Assembly (NCBI GenBank): GCA_041641375.1
Contig: JBEPYM010000003.1
Coordinates: 11,848 to 75,847 of the forward strand
Direction of reading: 5' to 3'
Length of the DNA stretch: 64,000 nucleotides
DNA from: Paenibacillus sp.
GTDB lineage: Bacteria > Bacillota > Bacilli > Paenibacillales > YIM-B00363
The number at the start of each line of letters is the position of its first letter. Position 1 is the stretch's first letter. The notes under the pieces are model-generated. The model had not been told where the DNA came from. It made no database searches and saw nothing but the letters and a program-made list of their open reading frames with translations. Below, one piece after another: positions 26,177 through 36,789 of the stretch. The position numbers and the translations under genes were made by a program.

Positions 26177-28308
26177 CGTCCCGCGCCGACTGGCTGACGT
26201 TCCGCTTTCATGCGGTCAATGTCCAACTTCTCAATCTGCACCGATCGGTTGAACTGTTCCTTATCCATATCCATTGCGGCTTTGTTAGCTTCATTCTGAG
26301 CAATTAAGTCATTCTGTTGCATCTCGCCCATCTGACCTTGTGCCTCAACCAGAGCGGCGTTTAACTGCTCGTTCTCCATAGTTAATTGATCTAACCGTTG
26401 CTTGAGCATTGCGTCTCGCTGCATACGTTCGTCGATTACCTCGAACGGCTCCATGCGTCCGTTTTCCACTGTGTACCGTACCGCTTGAGCATCGATAAAC
26501 GGCATTCCTGTCATTGGATCAAGCGTGCCGAATAGCGTAAACGCCGTCTTCACCCAATATTCTCGGTCTGTAGGCTTCTCAACGCCGATAGACACGTTAA
26601 TATCGAACTTCGGTACGTATTCCTCTATAACAGGCTTGACTTCCGGCATCATCTGTCCGGTCATAGGGTCCTGAACCTCGTTACCTGTCTCATATTCCGT
26701 TTGTACGCCGCTCATAAGTCTATCCCGACTCATACCTACGGATTTACCAAGCACTCTCCCAATACGTTCTGTAGCGTAGAATTGCGCTATGAGTTCGATA
26801 TACTGCTCAATGACTTCTGCAAGCCCATCCTCAATCAATTCCGTAGGCGTGGATAGATTACCATGCGCCGCCGATTGCAACGCCTCTGCGTGCCTTCCAG
26901 ACTCCCCTTGGAATGATGCGCCACCGTTGGTGCTGTCGAACCTTCTCGGGATCTTCTGCAAGATCGTGAGCCAATGTTGGATAAAGTTCATGATCATTGC
27001 AGGAGGCCCCTTGCCCTCTATCTCCTGCACGCCATCTTTACGGATAACCGGAAGCATAGCCCCGACTTGGCTCCTTATGCGTTTCCATATAGGAATCTTA
27101 CTCTCCGCTATTGCGCCTTCCTCGTAGATGATTGCCCCATTACCCATCTTCGCCGTTTGCTCAACCGCAAGCTCAGAGAACTTGTTAAGCATGATTTGAG
27201 GGCTTATGAGGTCGCGCATATAACCTTTAGGCCATATAGAACCTTCAATCGGGAATAAGCAGCGCGCAACAACCGGATATTGGCAGTGATCGTACACATA
27301 TGACTTATGCTCAAGAAATACACCTGAAGTTGAAACATAGATGCAGTGTACGCCCTTCATCGTGCCTTCTGCCTTGGCTAGGCATTCCGATGGGTCTTTA
27401 CTCTCAGCAAGCTTCTCTTCAGCCATTTCCTTGAACAGTTTCTTATCCTCAGGAGTCATAATCTTCGGCTTACCCTTGTACCAATACTCGATAAGTCCCG
27501 ATCGTTTTGACTTCTCTGTTTGTGCGCCGCCGCTCGATGTTGTGGTGTTAAACGTTGAAGTTGATACTTGCCTGTCTTCTTCGAATATCTCCACGTCACC
27601 AGAGAAATTGTCTTCTCTAACCTTTTGGCCTTGCTCAGGCCAGCGCTCCTTGAAGTATTCCAAGTCTTTTATGGTGTGAATGATCATTGCCTTGGATTTC
27701 TGCAAATACAACAAATCCCCAATCCGGGGATCAGGGAAGAAGGAGCCGTAATCAAGTGGTATGATGTCATTCTGTCCGATGTAACGATTCATTCCCCTGC
27801 CGCCTTCTATGGTTGGGTCATAAACCGTTTTGTAAAGCAATAGCCCGTTAATGACGAACCTCCTGACCGCCTTCACATGTTTCGGCTTAAACTTGATACA
27901 CCGGAGTTCGTAAGGTATAAACTTAACCAATTCCTGTGACTTCTGTTCGTCGCCATCCTCGGTTGCTTCTAATCTCGGTTCGGGTGTCCAGCCGGTTAGA
28001 GCTGATACAACGGACTCAACCTGTGAGAAGGCTATATTATCCACGCTGTTAGGGCGACTCTTCATGGTTGCCTCGGACCGCAATCCTTCCCATTGGCGCT
28101 TGCCGCCTTCGTAGAAACGATCTTCAGTGCGCCATGTGTCCTCGATGTCCTGCCGCTTAGCCTTGAACACTTCATAGTCACCCATTACCGTATCGTATAT
28201 TTCCTGTTGATCCGGTGTATTAGGGTTCTGCTTGTCTGCTTCCGGTTCTTTGGTATTCGTGAAGATCCCGTTTATCTTCTCTTTTGCCACGCCGTCACCT
28301 CCAATCAA
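26173..28308 (-). CDS. Portal protein, P22/podovirus-like
   Basis: ~700 aa after terminase, 'FFPDP', 'LISPQIMLNK', C-terminal Gln/Met coiled coil. Confidence 0.85.
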   Translation of the reverse strand: MIGGDGVAKEKINGIFTNTKEPEADKQNPNTPDQQEIYDTVMGDYEVFKAKRQDIEDTWRTEDRFYEGGKRQWEGLRSEATMKSRPNSVDNIAFSQVESVVSALTGWTPEPRLEATEDGDEQKSQELVKFIPYELRCIKFKPKHVKAVRRFVINGLLLYKTVYDPTIEGGRGMNRYIGQNDIIPLDYGSFFPDPRIGDLLYLQKSKAMIIHTIKDLEYFKERWPEQGQKVREDNFSGDVEIFEEDRQVSTSTFNTTTSSGGAQTEKSKRSGLIEYWYKGKPKIMTPEDKKLFKEMAEEKLAESKDPSECLAKAEGTMKGVHCIYVSTSGVFLEHKSYVYDHCQYPVVARCLFPIEGSIWPKGYMRDLISPQIMLNKFSELAVEQTAKMGNGAIIYEEGAIAESKIPIWKRIRSQVGAMLPVIRKDGVQEIEGKGPPAMIMNFIQHWLTILQKIPRRFDSTNGGASFQGESGRHAEALQSAAHGNLSTPTELIEDGLAEVIEQYIELIAQFYATERIGRVLGKSVGMSRDRLMSGVQTEYETGNEVQDPMTGQMMPEVKPVIEEYVPKFDINVSIGVEKPTDREYWVKTAFTLFGTLDPMTGMPFIDAQAVRYTVENGRMEPFEVIDERMQRDAMLKQRLDQLTMENEQLNAALVEAQGQMGEMQQNDLIAQNEANKAAMDMDKEQFNRSVQIEKLDIDRMKAERQPVGAGR

Positions 28309-28532
28309 TTCGGATTATCATGCCACGACAGAGGTTCATTTTCCTCACCCTCGATCACTGGTTCTTCCTCACTTCGCTTCATGCCTACATATTCCCGGTA
28401 ATTACGTGCCATGATCTTGTCTGACAGCATATCAATTGAGCGCGTTAAATTGCGCTGGATGATTACGTTGCCTACTGCTTGGACAATTACAATAAGGATT
28501 AACGCTATGCAAAAAGCGTACAGTATGGTCAT
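28305..28532 (-). CDS. Small membrane protein
   Basis: One TM helix; between terminase and portal. Confidence 0.6.
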   Translation of the reverse strand: MTILYAFCIALILIVIVQAVGNVIIQRNLTRSIDMLSDKIMARNYREYVGMKRSEEEPVIEGEENEPLSWHDNPN

Positions 28533-28541
28533 TTTTTCACC

Positions 28542-28760
28542 TCACCATTCATATCCGCTTGCCTCCTGTTCGTCCTCTGCTTCTCTTGGAGGATTCAAGT
28601 ATCTATGAAACTGTTTAGCCGTTGTGAATCGCTGTATACGCTTCTCTTTCTCCCACACGTCCACATAGTCAGCGCCTTTCTGAAACTCGTCATAGACGAT
28701 TTTAGGCATTGGAGAGACGGTTATTACCTCTGAGCCTTTGTACATCAGGTAGACTACCAA
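28542..28760 (-). CDS. Phage hypothetical protein
   Basis: Overlaps terL stop. Confidence 0.5.
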   Translation of the reverse strand: MVVYLMYKGSEVITVSPMPKIVYDEFQKGADYVDVWEKEKRIQRFTTAKQFHRYLNPPREAEDEQEASGYEW

Positions 28761-30298
28761 TCAGCAAACCCCGTTTCCTGGTACTTTGGCTCGTCATCAT
28801 CATGGTCGAAGTGATTGTTTTCCTTCTCATCCGGTATTGCATTCCATGGATCTCCGTTGTACACCATGCCATGAACGATCTCACCCGCCATCGAAGCTGT
28901 ATCTACTGCGTCATCGTTCTTTCCACGCGGGAAGGATAGTAGCTCATCTTCGATGTCTGTAAGGTTTGGCATATCCTCTCTGTGATACACCATGCCGACC
29001 TCGTAACGAGCTGCTATGACCAATGAGCGTGTAACCTTATCTTTATCAACCTTGATTGGTTGAATGGTCATACCCTCTCGCGTACACTCTTGAATTAGGT
29101 TGGTTCCAAACGTCTTATCCTCGATTGCTTGAAACCTCGGTTTGTAACGGTTGTTTTGTTCCTTCATGAGCGGCTTTTGATCGGGGCCAGTTATGTGCGT
29201 CCTGAATGCATCAAACCATAGTAAATCATTCTTAGGTGTTACGTACCACGTTGACACTACAAAGTAATCATTGATTGTCTTCTCGCTATTTGCTGTATCA
29301 ACGGTTTGGAATACCCAACAATCACGCTTGAGATATCGTTTGTCGCCTACTAAGAAGTAAGTGGCGTTGCCGACTGTCTCTTCTCGGAAATATTTGAAGT
29401 GCTGACGCTTGAATATTGTTCCACCGGCTGCTGATGGTCTTTGTTGATAAAGTGCATTCCAGGTATACCCACCGACTTCTTGGCGTTTCTTTTCCATGAC
29501 TTCTTTCGTGAATCCAAACTCAGGCCATATCGGTTCGCCTATCTCCCTACCAAGCAAGTCGCCTTCCTCGGCATACTCAGGCATGTTTATGAGTGTCCAT
29601 CTCTCTCCTACGTGCGTGCCTTCCTTGATCTCCTGCGCTTCTTTCTTCAGCAATCTACCAACTAGATCATCTTCGTGCCAGCGGGTCATTACAACCACGA
29701 TACGACCATCTGGCGTTAAGCGCGTTAATAGAGTTGTTTCGTACCATTGCCATACCTTTTCGCGCATAACTTCTGAATTGGCTTCCTCGGCGTTTTTAAC
29801 TGGGTCATCGATAATGGCTATCTTCGCACCTTTACCCGTGATAGCTCCACCAACACCCGCGGCGTTAACGCCACCTCTATGACCTTCTACTCCCCATGAT
29901 TCACCAGCTTGCTTGCTTTGGGATAATTCAGTTTCAAATGTTGTGCCGCCGTGCTTCTTAAAGGTGTCTCTTGCTATAACAGAAAAATCCCTCGATAAGT
30001 CGAGAGAGTAGGAAGAGATTATAATTTCATCGTTTGGATTCTTACCGACATGCCACGCAGGAAACTTCTTACTGACTCGCTCTGACTTTCCTTTACGAGG
30101 CGGCATGGTGACTATAACGCGCTTTAAGATGCCTTCTGATACCTTCATAAGCGTAATGTCCAGTAAATCGAGATGTTTACCGTCAACGTCCCTAAAGTCG
30201 CTGTCATAGTCCATAAAGTAACTGAAATCCCTACGCGCTAATTCTTGGCTGGCTTGCAGCTCTAATGCTTCAAGTTGCTGATTGCTTAGTTTTAGCAT
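28754..30298 (-). CDS. terL: Terminase large subunit
   Basis: Walker A MPPRKGKS, Walker B IIDDP, MTRWHEDDL, nuclease VDTA...DDAVD. Confidence 0.95.
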   Translation of the reverse strand: MLKLSNQQLEALELQASQELARRDFSYFMDYDSDFRDVDGKHLDLLDITLMKVSEGILKRVIVTMPPRKGKSERVSKKFPAWHVGKNPNDEIIISSYSLDLSRDFSVIARDTFKKHGGTTFETELSQSKQAGESWGVEGHRGGVNAAGVGGAITGKGAKIAIIDDPVKNAEEANSEVMREKVWQWYETTLLTRLTPDGRIVVVMTRWHEDDLVGRLLKKEAQEIKEGTHVGERWTLINMPEYAEEGDLLGREIGEPIWPEFGFTKEVMEKKRQEVGGYTWNALYQQRPSAAGGTIFKRQHFKYFREETVGNATYFLVGDKRYLKRDCWVFQTVDTANSEKTINDYFVVSTWYVTPKNDLLWFDAFRTHITGPDQKPLMKEQNNRYKPRFQAIEDKTFGTNLIQECTREGMTIQPIKVDKDKVTRSLVIAARYEVGMVYHREDMPNLTDIEDELLSFPRGKNDDAVDTASMAGEIVHGMVYNGDPWNAIPDEKENNHFDHDDDEPKYQETGFADW

Positions 30299-30869
30299 AG
30301 GCTTTCAAGTCCTCTACGCTTAATCCACTCAAGTCTATTTTATTGGTCATTTGACCAGAGTGTTCGACCTTATCGACAAACATACCTAAATGTTTAGCCA
30401 TGCTGTCAAGTGCGCCCTTCTTATCGTGCAGCTTAAACTTCAATGTTCCATCCTTTGACACGCTAACTTCGTTTATCAATGTTCCGTCTACTTCTTCGCT
30501 AGGTTTAAACTCGATCACAGGTGCATAGTCGATTATTGGATCTCCTTCTTTGTCGAAGCCAAGTCTCGTTAACGCCGTCTTGTAACTAAGGAAGTCCTTT
30601 ATATCCGCAAATCCGATCTTTGCATACTCTCTTAAAACGTCTTTAGCACTAACAATACATTCATCCTCAGCTTCTTTTACAAGCCTTGAATGCAATTCTT
30701 CGTACCTTACCGCCACCTTACCGTTCTTCATGAGTTCAGAGGCTTTGACATCAATAACAGCATCACTCATGTTACCTGTGTCATAAGCTGTCTTGTATGC
30801 TTCTCTTTGTGACTTCCCTTTTATCAGCTCATGCACAAATAACTCTTGCTTAGCCGTCAATGTCATCAT
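30270..30869 (-). CDS. terS: Terminase small subunit
   Basis: 'LTAKQELFVHE..SQREAYKTAY..KLHDKKGALDSMAKHLGMF'. Confidence 0.92.
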   Translation of the reverse strand: MMTLTAKQELFVHELIKGKSQREAYKTAYDTGNMSDAVIDVKASELMKNGKVAVRYEELHSRLVKEAEDECIVSAKDVLREYAKIGFADIKDFLSYKTALTRLGFDKEGDPIIDYAPVIEFKPSEEVDGTLINEVSVSKDGTLKFKLHDKKGALDSMAKHLGMFVDKVEHSGQMTNKIDLSGLSVEDLKAYAKTKQSAT

Positions 30870-30969
30870 AACCCCTCCTTATTCATAGTTTGCTACGTAT
30901 TGGTAAATCCAGACGGTGGACACATGCCACTCGAACACATATTTTCGTCTTAATTGCTACAGTTTGGCA

Positions 30970-31191
30970 TCATTCGAAACACTCTCTATGTCCTCTTCCG
31001 ACTTCTTTACCCTTTTCTACAACGACATATATCGGTGAGTATTCAACAAGCTTGCTGCATTCTGTACATGTCCGTTGCTTTATATCGCATTCATCGCAAT
31101 ATGGTCTATCTGGTGGATTCCATTCTTTTGCTTCTCTGCACTCTGGACAATTCATCTCTCTCACCTCAATGCAGCGGATTATAACTCGCAT
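30970..31191 (-). CDS. Small Cys-rich protein
   Basis: Three CxxC pairs. Confidence 0.45.
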   Translation of the reverse strand: MRVIIRCIEVREMNCPECREAKEWNPPDRPYCDECDIKQRTCTECSKLVEYSPIYVVVEKGKEVGRGHRECFE

Positions 31192-31366
31192 TAGCCACTT
31201 GATCGTATGCTTCTATGCTTTGTGGATGTACTCTTGTTCCTTGGTTGATTAATATTCCGTATAGTTGGTATTGCCTGAAGGCTCCGTCTCGTTCTTCTTC
31301 GTCTTCATAGGCTATTATGTTTGTTATGGAGTCTATGGTGTAGGATATTAGGTATTTAGATTTCAT
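31166..31366 (-). CDS. Phage hypothetical protein
   Basis: RBS GGAGG before ATG 31366. Confidence 0.5.
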   Translation of the reverse strand: MKSKYLISYTIDSITNIIAYEDEEERDGAFRQYQLYGILINQGTRVHPQSIEAYDQVANASYNPLH

Positions 31367-31420
31367 ACGGCCTCCACCCTTCGGGTTAAGTATTTCGGTC
31401 GACTCGATGCAGTGATAAAA

Positions 31421-31803
31421 CAAAAAAAGAGCGCTCTAGGCGCTCCATAGGAGGAAGTTTGTTAGATTGGTTAATGGTCAACGCATCACCACGTCGCGCT
31501 CCTGGGCTTTTGCGTTCGTTACCGCGCTTCTACTGACCATTTTGTTGACTTCAACGATATGGTTGCGCCCTATCCCCACCGTCATGCGCATGCGTGCTGT
31601 CCCGCCATCTGCCTACTGCATAATGGCGCAAGTTCGTCCCCCTGTATATCTATCGCCATACATACTGAGCTAAGTGGAACTTAACCGTTCGCATGTACAG
31701 CGCTTGTCACCTTAGTTGTGCCGTACCCGCGTCTATAACAGGTACGGCGTGGGGTGATCCCTTGTAAGAAGCCCCATAGGTTCATCCGGCATTGAATGAC
31801 CTA
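31421..31803 (-). ncRNA. Candidate structured late-leader RNA ending in a terminator
   Basis: Consecutive hairpins downstream of late-activator repeats; no credible minus-strand ORF. Confidence 0.45.
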
Positions 31804-31820
31804 ATATCATATTAGCACGG

Positions 31821-31852
31821 ATTACCTGAAATAAATTGCCTCAGAATTGCCT
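31821..31852 (-). promoter_or_regulatory. Direct repeats, probable late-activator binding site
   Basis: AATTGCCT at 31834-31841 and 31845-31852, ATTACCT at 31821-31827, directly after activator gene. Confidence 0.6.
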
Positions 31853-31854
31853 AA

Positions 31855-32307
31855 TTATCCCGCTTGTCTCAATCTTTTTAACTTGCTGCTAACTTTCGCT
31901 ATCCAATCATATGAATACCCTAACTTTGTAGCTATCTTAGCAATAGGCATACGCTCAATGTCCCTTAGATACGCCACTTTGTACTCTAGGCAAGCGACTT
32001 TCTCCATCATATCTTCAATATCTTTCTTTGCCTTTAACTTTATATCCAGCATTGTAGAAACGTATTCTAACTTGCTATTAACTTCCTTATGGGACTGTGC
32101 GACGTTGAATACTTCCCATAAATCATTAGATCCTCCTGCTCCTGGCATTCCTGTATAACTCGCTACTAGCTTTGTCTTGGGTCCAGCACTCGAAATAAGT
32201 CGATTGATTACAGACAACTCAGATGATAACTCATCTCTGCGGATTGTTAATATGTCTATCTCCTTGCATAGATCGTCATATGCATTTAATCCATCTAGGT
32301 TGTTCAT
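31855..32307 (-). CDS. ArpU/RinA-like late transcriptional activator
   Basis: C-terminal sigma70-r4-like HTH 'MPIAKIATKLGYSYDWI'; position before packaging genes. Confidence 0.75.
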   Translation of the reverse strand: MNNLDGLNAYDDLCKEIDILTIRRDELSSELSVINRLISSAGPKTKLVASYTGMPGAGGSNDLWEVFNVAQSHKEVNSKLEYVSTMLDIKLKAKKDIEDMMEKVACLEYKVAYLRDIERMPIAKIATKLGYSYDWIAKVSSKLKRLRQAG

Positions 32308-32772
32308 GCCGGATTCCCCCTTGGTTTGTTATCCCTTTCGATTCACAGTCCCCAATCCGAGTAATTGCAAGCTTCGTCATATACCTTCTGCAATCCCTCA
32401 TCCGTGCTTATTTCTGAGTCTTCTACCTCACCAAGGAACATTCGGTGAATAAACTTCTTCATGCTTTCCCTTTGATCCTCACTGTATATTCCCACCCCTC
32501 TAACCTCCACTTATCAGCCTTCTAACCTCGTAAAATACGTATCCAGCCCATAACAGAGAGCATCAGCCAAGGTATTGTTGCAAATATGGCGACTGCTGTT
32601 GTGAAGGGACGCAATTTAGGTTGGTGTATGTCCCACACAATCCATTTTATGAATCTCATGTCATCCCCCTTTACCCCAGAGAGGGGTTTAGACTCTCTGG
32701 ATTGATTGGATTATCTTATGATGCTTCCACTTCGTTGTGCTGTTCGGTCGCGTCGATGGCCTGCGGCAAAGA

Positions 32773-33054
32773 CTATTTAGCCCATTCAGGCGCATGGTCG
32801 GGAACATAGTTTATAAATCCCACTGACGTTCCTTCAAACCACTTTGCATCTGTACGCGTAAAGGCAATTACTGATAAATCTATTGTTTCTCCATCATCGG
32901 ATATTGCTTCTGTAATTTCTTTGGGTGTCGCGCCTATCTGAACCAACGCTTCGCGTACCTTGTCGCTATTTATCGTGTGAACGTATTCCAGTTCTCCGCC
33001 ACATGCAGAATGATCAACGAACGGCATGCTGTTAATAATTTTCAATTTGTCCAT
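32773..33054 (-). CDS. Phage hypothetical protein
   Basis: Start adjacent to upstream stop. Confidence 0.55.
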   Translation of the reverse strand: MDKLKIINSMPFVDHSACGGELEYVHTINSDKVREALVQIGATPKEITEAISDDGETIDLSVIAFTRTDAKWFEGTSVGFINYVPDHAPEWAK

Positions 33055-34168
33055 TTACGCCACCGCCTTAATCTCACCGAATGCATGAGCTTCAAGCAAC
33101 GCTAACCGTCTTTCAACGGCTTGCTCGAAGGTTTCTTCTGCAACAATCCCACTTCCACCATCCGGTACATCTTGTCGTTCAGCGGAGTATTCATCCATGC
33201 TGTCGATTGGCTGTGCATCCGATACTTCACGAAAGGTAGGCGCTTCGATTGTTGGTTCCTCTACGACCAAATCACTTTCCACAGGCTCTGCAACTTCTGG
33301 AACATTGGCTTGCTCGGCTTCCAATTCGGATTGAAATCGCGCTACCTCTGCTTCATCCATCTTGCGGTATAACGAGTTGAATTCAGTCCAGATGATTTCC
33401 CCTGGTTCACCAGTTGCGGCATTTTTGAATGTTGTATAAGTCCCATCTTGCGATCTAAATACTTCTTTAACGTCATAAACAGGAATCTTAGCCGCTTCTG
33501 CTGCTGCTCTCTTCTCTGCTGCCGCTTGTTCCTGCTTTGCTCTCAATCGTTGAGCGGCGGCTTCTAACTCGGCCTCAGATGTAATATCGATTACGTTCGG
33601 CGCATTTGTTGACCCCACCGCGATCTCTTTACGAAGATCATCAACGTGAGAATTTAATCGCGCAATCTCTGCTTGTGCTTCAAGCAATTGTTGAGCTGCA
33701 GCGTCACGTTTCTCTGTGAGATCGTCCTTTTCCAGTTGCAGTTGTGCGTTTGCGTTCTGTAAATCGTCACGATCGGCAACAACAGAGTTCAACTGCTCCT
33801 GTTTTAATGCGATTTGCATATCGTAAACTGATTTTTGATTGTTAATCTCGTCAAGGAACTTCTGAGCTTGTGCCTTGCCAGTGGATTTCAATGCGCTTCT
33901 AAGGATTTCAGCAGCATCCTCGTCCACCGCTAATTGTTCCAACGTAAAGGTTATGTCTCCTACAGTAAATGTTTCCATGCTGGTTGTGATTTCCTCGGCA
34001 GTTGCGATGATTACCTCTTCCTGATCAAGTTTATCTAACTCCGCTTTCTTCGTGTTAACCTCTGCCATCTTCATGATGTAACCTGTCTCGTTGTTTAATC
34101 TGCGCAATGATGTTGCTTCCTCTTCCAATTGCGTTATTTCCGCTTCCAACACTTCACGATTAGTCATT
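33055..34168 (-). CDS. Acidic coiled-coil phage protein
   Basis: Long heptad pattern; likely start MTNREV after AGGAG. Confidence 0.7.
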
Positions 34169-34260
34169 TTACACGCTCCTATTATCATATACCGTAGTTT
34201 AAATCTAGTCTTATTTTAACATATTTTTCATTAAGATGCGACATATTCCTCTGGTTTTTT

Positions 34261-34632
34261 CTATGCTTTTTGTGTTATTCTGAAGTGTTTGTCGTAATAA
34301 TCGCTATTCCTTGCATTCTCTTCATATGTGACGATTCGGAGATTAGTTTTTCTGTTATCTAGCGGATTGCGGTTTATGTGATCAACCACCAACCCCCTCG
34401 GAACGTTTCCAAGTATATACCTGTGTAATGATTCCGATATTCTCTTCCCTACTACCGTCCCCATGCGACCCACAACATATGGTTTATCGTATCCATTCAA
34501 TGTCCATGAACCAGATATATTGCTGACTAAAGGTAAATCTTCGGAATCTATTAACGCTTCTTTCACTCCAAGCTTTTTGCTATTAACAATTATCACTGCC
34601 ACGTCACCGCGTATCTCATATTCATTTTTCAA
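34261..34632 (-). CDS. HNH endonuclease (HNH_3 type)
   Basis: 'VVDHINRNPLDNRKTNLRIVTYEEN'. Confidence 0.85.
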   Translation of the reverse strand: MKNEYEIRGDVAVIIVNSKKLGVKEALIDSEDLPLVSNISGSWTLNGYDKPYVVGRMGTVVGKRISESLHRYILGNVPRGLVVDHINRNPLDNRKTNLRIVTYEENARNSDYYDKHFRITQKA

Positions 34633-34831
34633 TCCTCTAACCTCCCTGCTATTTTATGCCCCGTTATTTGGCGGTATATATCCCTTAAAATCAGCTTTTG
34701 TCGGCTTCTTCCTTGGCTTGTCCTTGATGTTTACAACTGGTGCTAATCTAGGTATTTTCATGGGTTATCAACCTTTCTTAGCCTCATTAGCGGCTTTAAG
34801 TATTTTATTTTTGTAGATGTCTGCTGCTATC

Positions 34832-35287
34832 CTATCCCTCATTGCTTGGCTTGATGGCATCTTCTATCAGCTCCTTTTCGTAGATGTTGCCGATTACTTC
34901 GATGAAGCTTATGTCGTATACAGAGTCGAGATTATTTGTATCCCACGTCCATTTGTCTCCGTAAAAGCATGTGCATTCCTTATCCCAAGCTACTGTCGTA
35001 TATCCGAAATCTTCTTTGTCCCATACATCATATTTCTCATCCTTGTTCCAAGTCGCTAGTGTGTCGCCTTCATAAATCCACTTACCATTCCTGTCATGGA
35101 GTCCGGTGCACTGACCTACTGTTTCAAATCTAACTTGGAATGCCCATGGAAACCCTGCTGTATTTGAAATATAGAAACCTTCTTCTGGTTGTTTTGAGAA
35201 CCCCGCTGATTCTGCCAACAGCCCATAGTGCCATTCCCCGTTTATATCCATTCCTCTAAAACTAATAACCCTATTCAACCTTCCCAC
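34832..35287 (-). CDS. YopX family protein
   Basis: 'VGQCTGLHDRNGKWIYEGD..EVIGNIYE'. Confidence 0.9.
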   Translation of the reverse strand: MGRLNRVISFRGMDINGEWHYGLLAESAGFSKQPEEGFYISNTAGFPWAFQVRFETVGQCTGLHDRNGKWIYEGDTLATWNKDEKYDVWDKEDFGYTTVAWDKECTCFYGDKWTWDTNNLDSVYDISFIEVIGNIYEKELIEDAIKPSNEG

Positions 35288-35293
35288 TCTCCC

Positions 35294-35569
35294 TTATGCT
35301 GATTTTTTCAAGCTTTCGCAAGCCCTTACAACCTCATTCTTGATGTTCTCCATGAGCTTGATAAATCCGGTCAATGTAACCTCATCCGATTGATTGCCTT
35401 CGATTTTCATAAGTCCTAAGCAAGCTTGTGTAATGTCTGCGTAGTACTTAACATTCTCCCAGCGTGGTTCCGTGTGCTTCGACCCCTCTTTGGGGTATTT
35501 GACCTCTTGTAAAATGACATTCATAGGGTCGGATGATATTTTGTAACGTTCGTTGATCTGGATATCCAT
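35294..35569 (-). CDS. DUF5405-like phage protein
   Basis: 'IQINERYKISSDPMNVILQE' pattern. Confidence 0.55.
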   Translation of the reverse strand: MDIQINERYKISSDPMNVILQEVKYPKEGSKHTEPRWENVKYYADITQACLGLMKIEGNQSDEVTLTGFIKLMENIKNEVVRACESLKKSA

Positions 35570-35818
35570 TGTATTTGCCTCCTTGGCTTCTATGTCGTCC
35601 TTTAGGGACGCTTGGCGCTATGTTTCGATAGAGAATACTAGAGAGCCACTTTTTACGCTTAAACTGCCTTATTTCCTGCTCGTTTTAACTCTTCCTCGAT
35701 CATCTCCAATCTTTGAAGGATTCGATCACGCCCGACTGAGTTAACGTTAAGCAACTTTAAGCGCTTGGTGAGTCTCTCTTTTTCTTGGTGTAAGTCCTCT
35801 CTCATACTGTTTCCTCCC

Positions 35819-36205
35819 TTATCCAACCTCTTTGATTGCAACGCCGTATCTACTCTCGAATAGCTTTTTCTTAAGTTTGTACTCAGGAGTCCTCATTCCC
35901 TTAACGTCCACAACCTCTGTACGACCGTCTGGATACGTCACAAGGAAGTCGGCAATATAATACGTGGGTTGTACTTTCTTGCCCGTCTCAGGGTGCTTGT
36001 AGCTCTCTATGACTTCGTATCGTGGTTGTAAGGTGAAGTCTGTTATCTGTCCAGATCGTTTAAGCATCTTCAGTCCTAAGTAATACTCCGCTTCGGATTT
36101 ACTGTGAAAGGTGATTCCGTCAATTGTCGTTTTCTTTGCTCCGTATTTGGTTCGTCTCAGTTGCAAGCACCTCCTTGATAAGATTGATCGCTGACTCATA
36201 AGCAT
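35819..36205 (-). CDS. DUF1064 family nuclease (resolvase-like)
   Basis: 'KYGAKKTTIDGITFHSKSEA..YIADF..VVDVKG'; true start probably downstream. Confidence 0.85.
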   Translation of the reverse strand: MLMSQRSILSRRCLQLRRTKYGAKKTTIDGITFHSKSEAEYYLGLKMLKRSGQITDFTLQPRYEVIESYKHPETGKKVQPTYYIADFLVTYPDGRTEVVDVKGMRTPEYKLKKKLFESRYGVAIKEVG

Positions 36206-36423
36206 CCGCTTTATCGAAATTATAGATAATGCAACAGTTTCCGCGACTAACTTCCAACTCCGCTATAACTCTTTCTATCGACTTTCTCATTCCACCACCT
36301 CAACTTTCACATCTGCATTCACACACGATTCCATCCTAAATGCCTCTTTTACCGTGCGTACATATCCGTTTACTTCGCGTTCGTTGATTTTGCGGACTTG
36401 ACCGCCGATTAATAGTTTTGCTT

Positions 36424-36789
36424 TCATGGTGTCTTACTCCCTTCTGATAGGGTGGTTAATAGGGCGCAACGTGCGATAACTAGTGGTAGAGTGGGATGTG
36501 CAATCGTTTCTGTTTTATCCTGCATGTTCCAGTCCGTTATCCATACCTCGTAAAAATCTGCACAAGTACGAATGTCAACGTATAGGTGTGACTCCTGTAA
36601 CTTCTCCACCACTTCCCATGCTGCGGATATGTCAGATGATGGATCGAACTTTTCAGCGAACGGTCCTCTTTTTATCTCTCCCATTGATTCGAAATAGTCT
36701 TCGTTATATTTCCATCCCATGACTTTTGTTGCTACTAGCATATTTAAGTCTCTTCCCGGCTCCAAACTCATAATCTCGTCTCTTGTCAT
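36424..36789 (-). CDS. Phage ABA-sandwich domain protein
   Basis: 'GRDLNMLVATKVMGW..PSSDISAAWEVVEKL'. Confidence 0.7.
   Translation of the reverse strand: MTRDEIMSLEPGRDLNMLVATKVMGWKYNEDYFESMGEIKRGPFAEKFDPSSDISAAWEVVEKLQESHLYVDIRTCADFYEVWITDWNMQDKTETIAHPTLPLVIARCALLTTLSEGSKTP

Noticed and set aside
31610-31685. tRNA gene suggested by TAGCTCAG on the minus strand
   Set aside because: No TTCRA T-loop or cloverleaf at the right spacing
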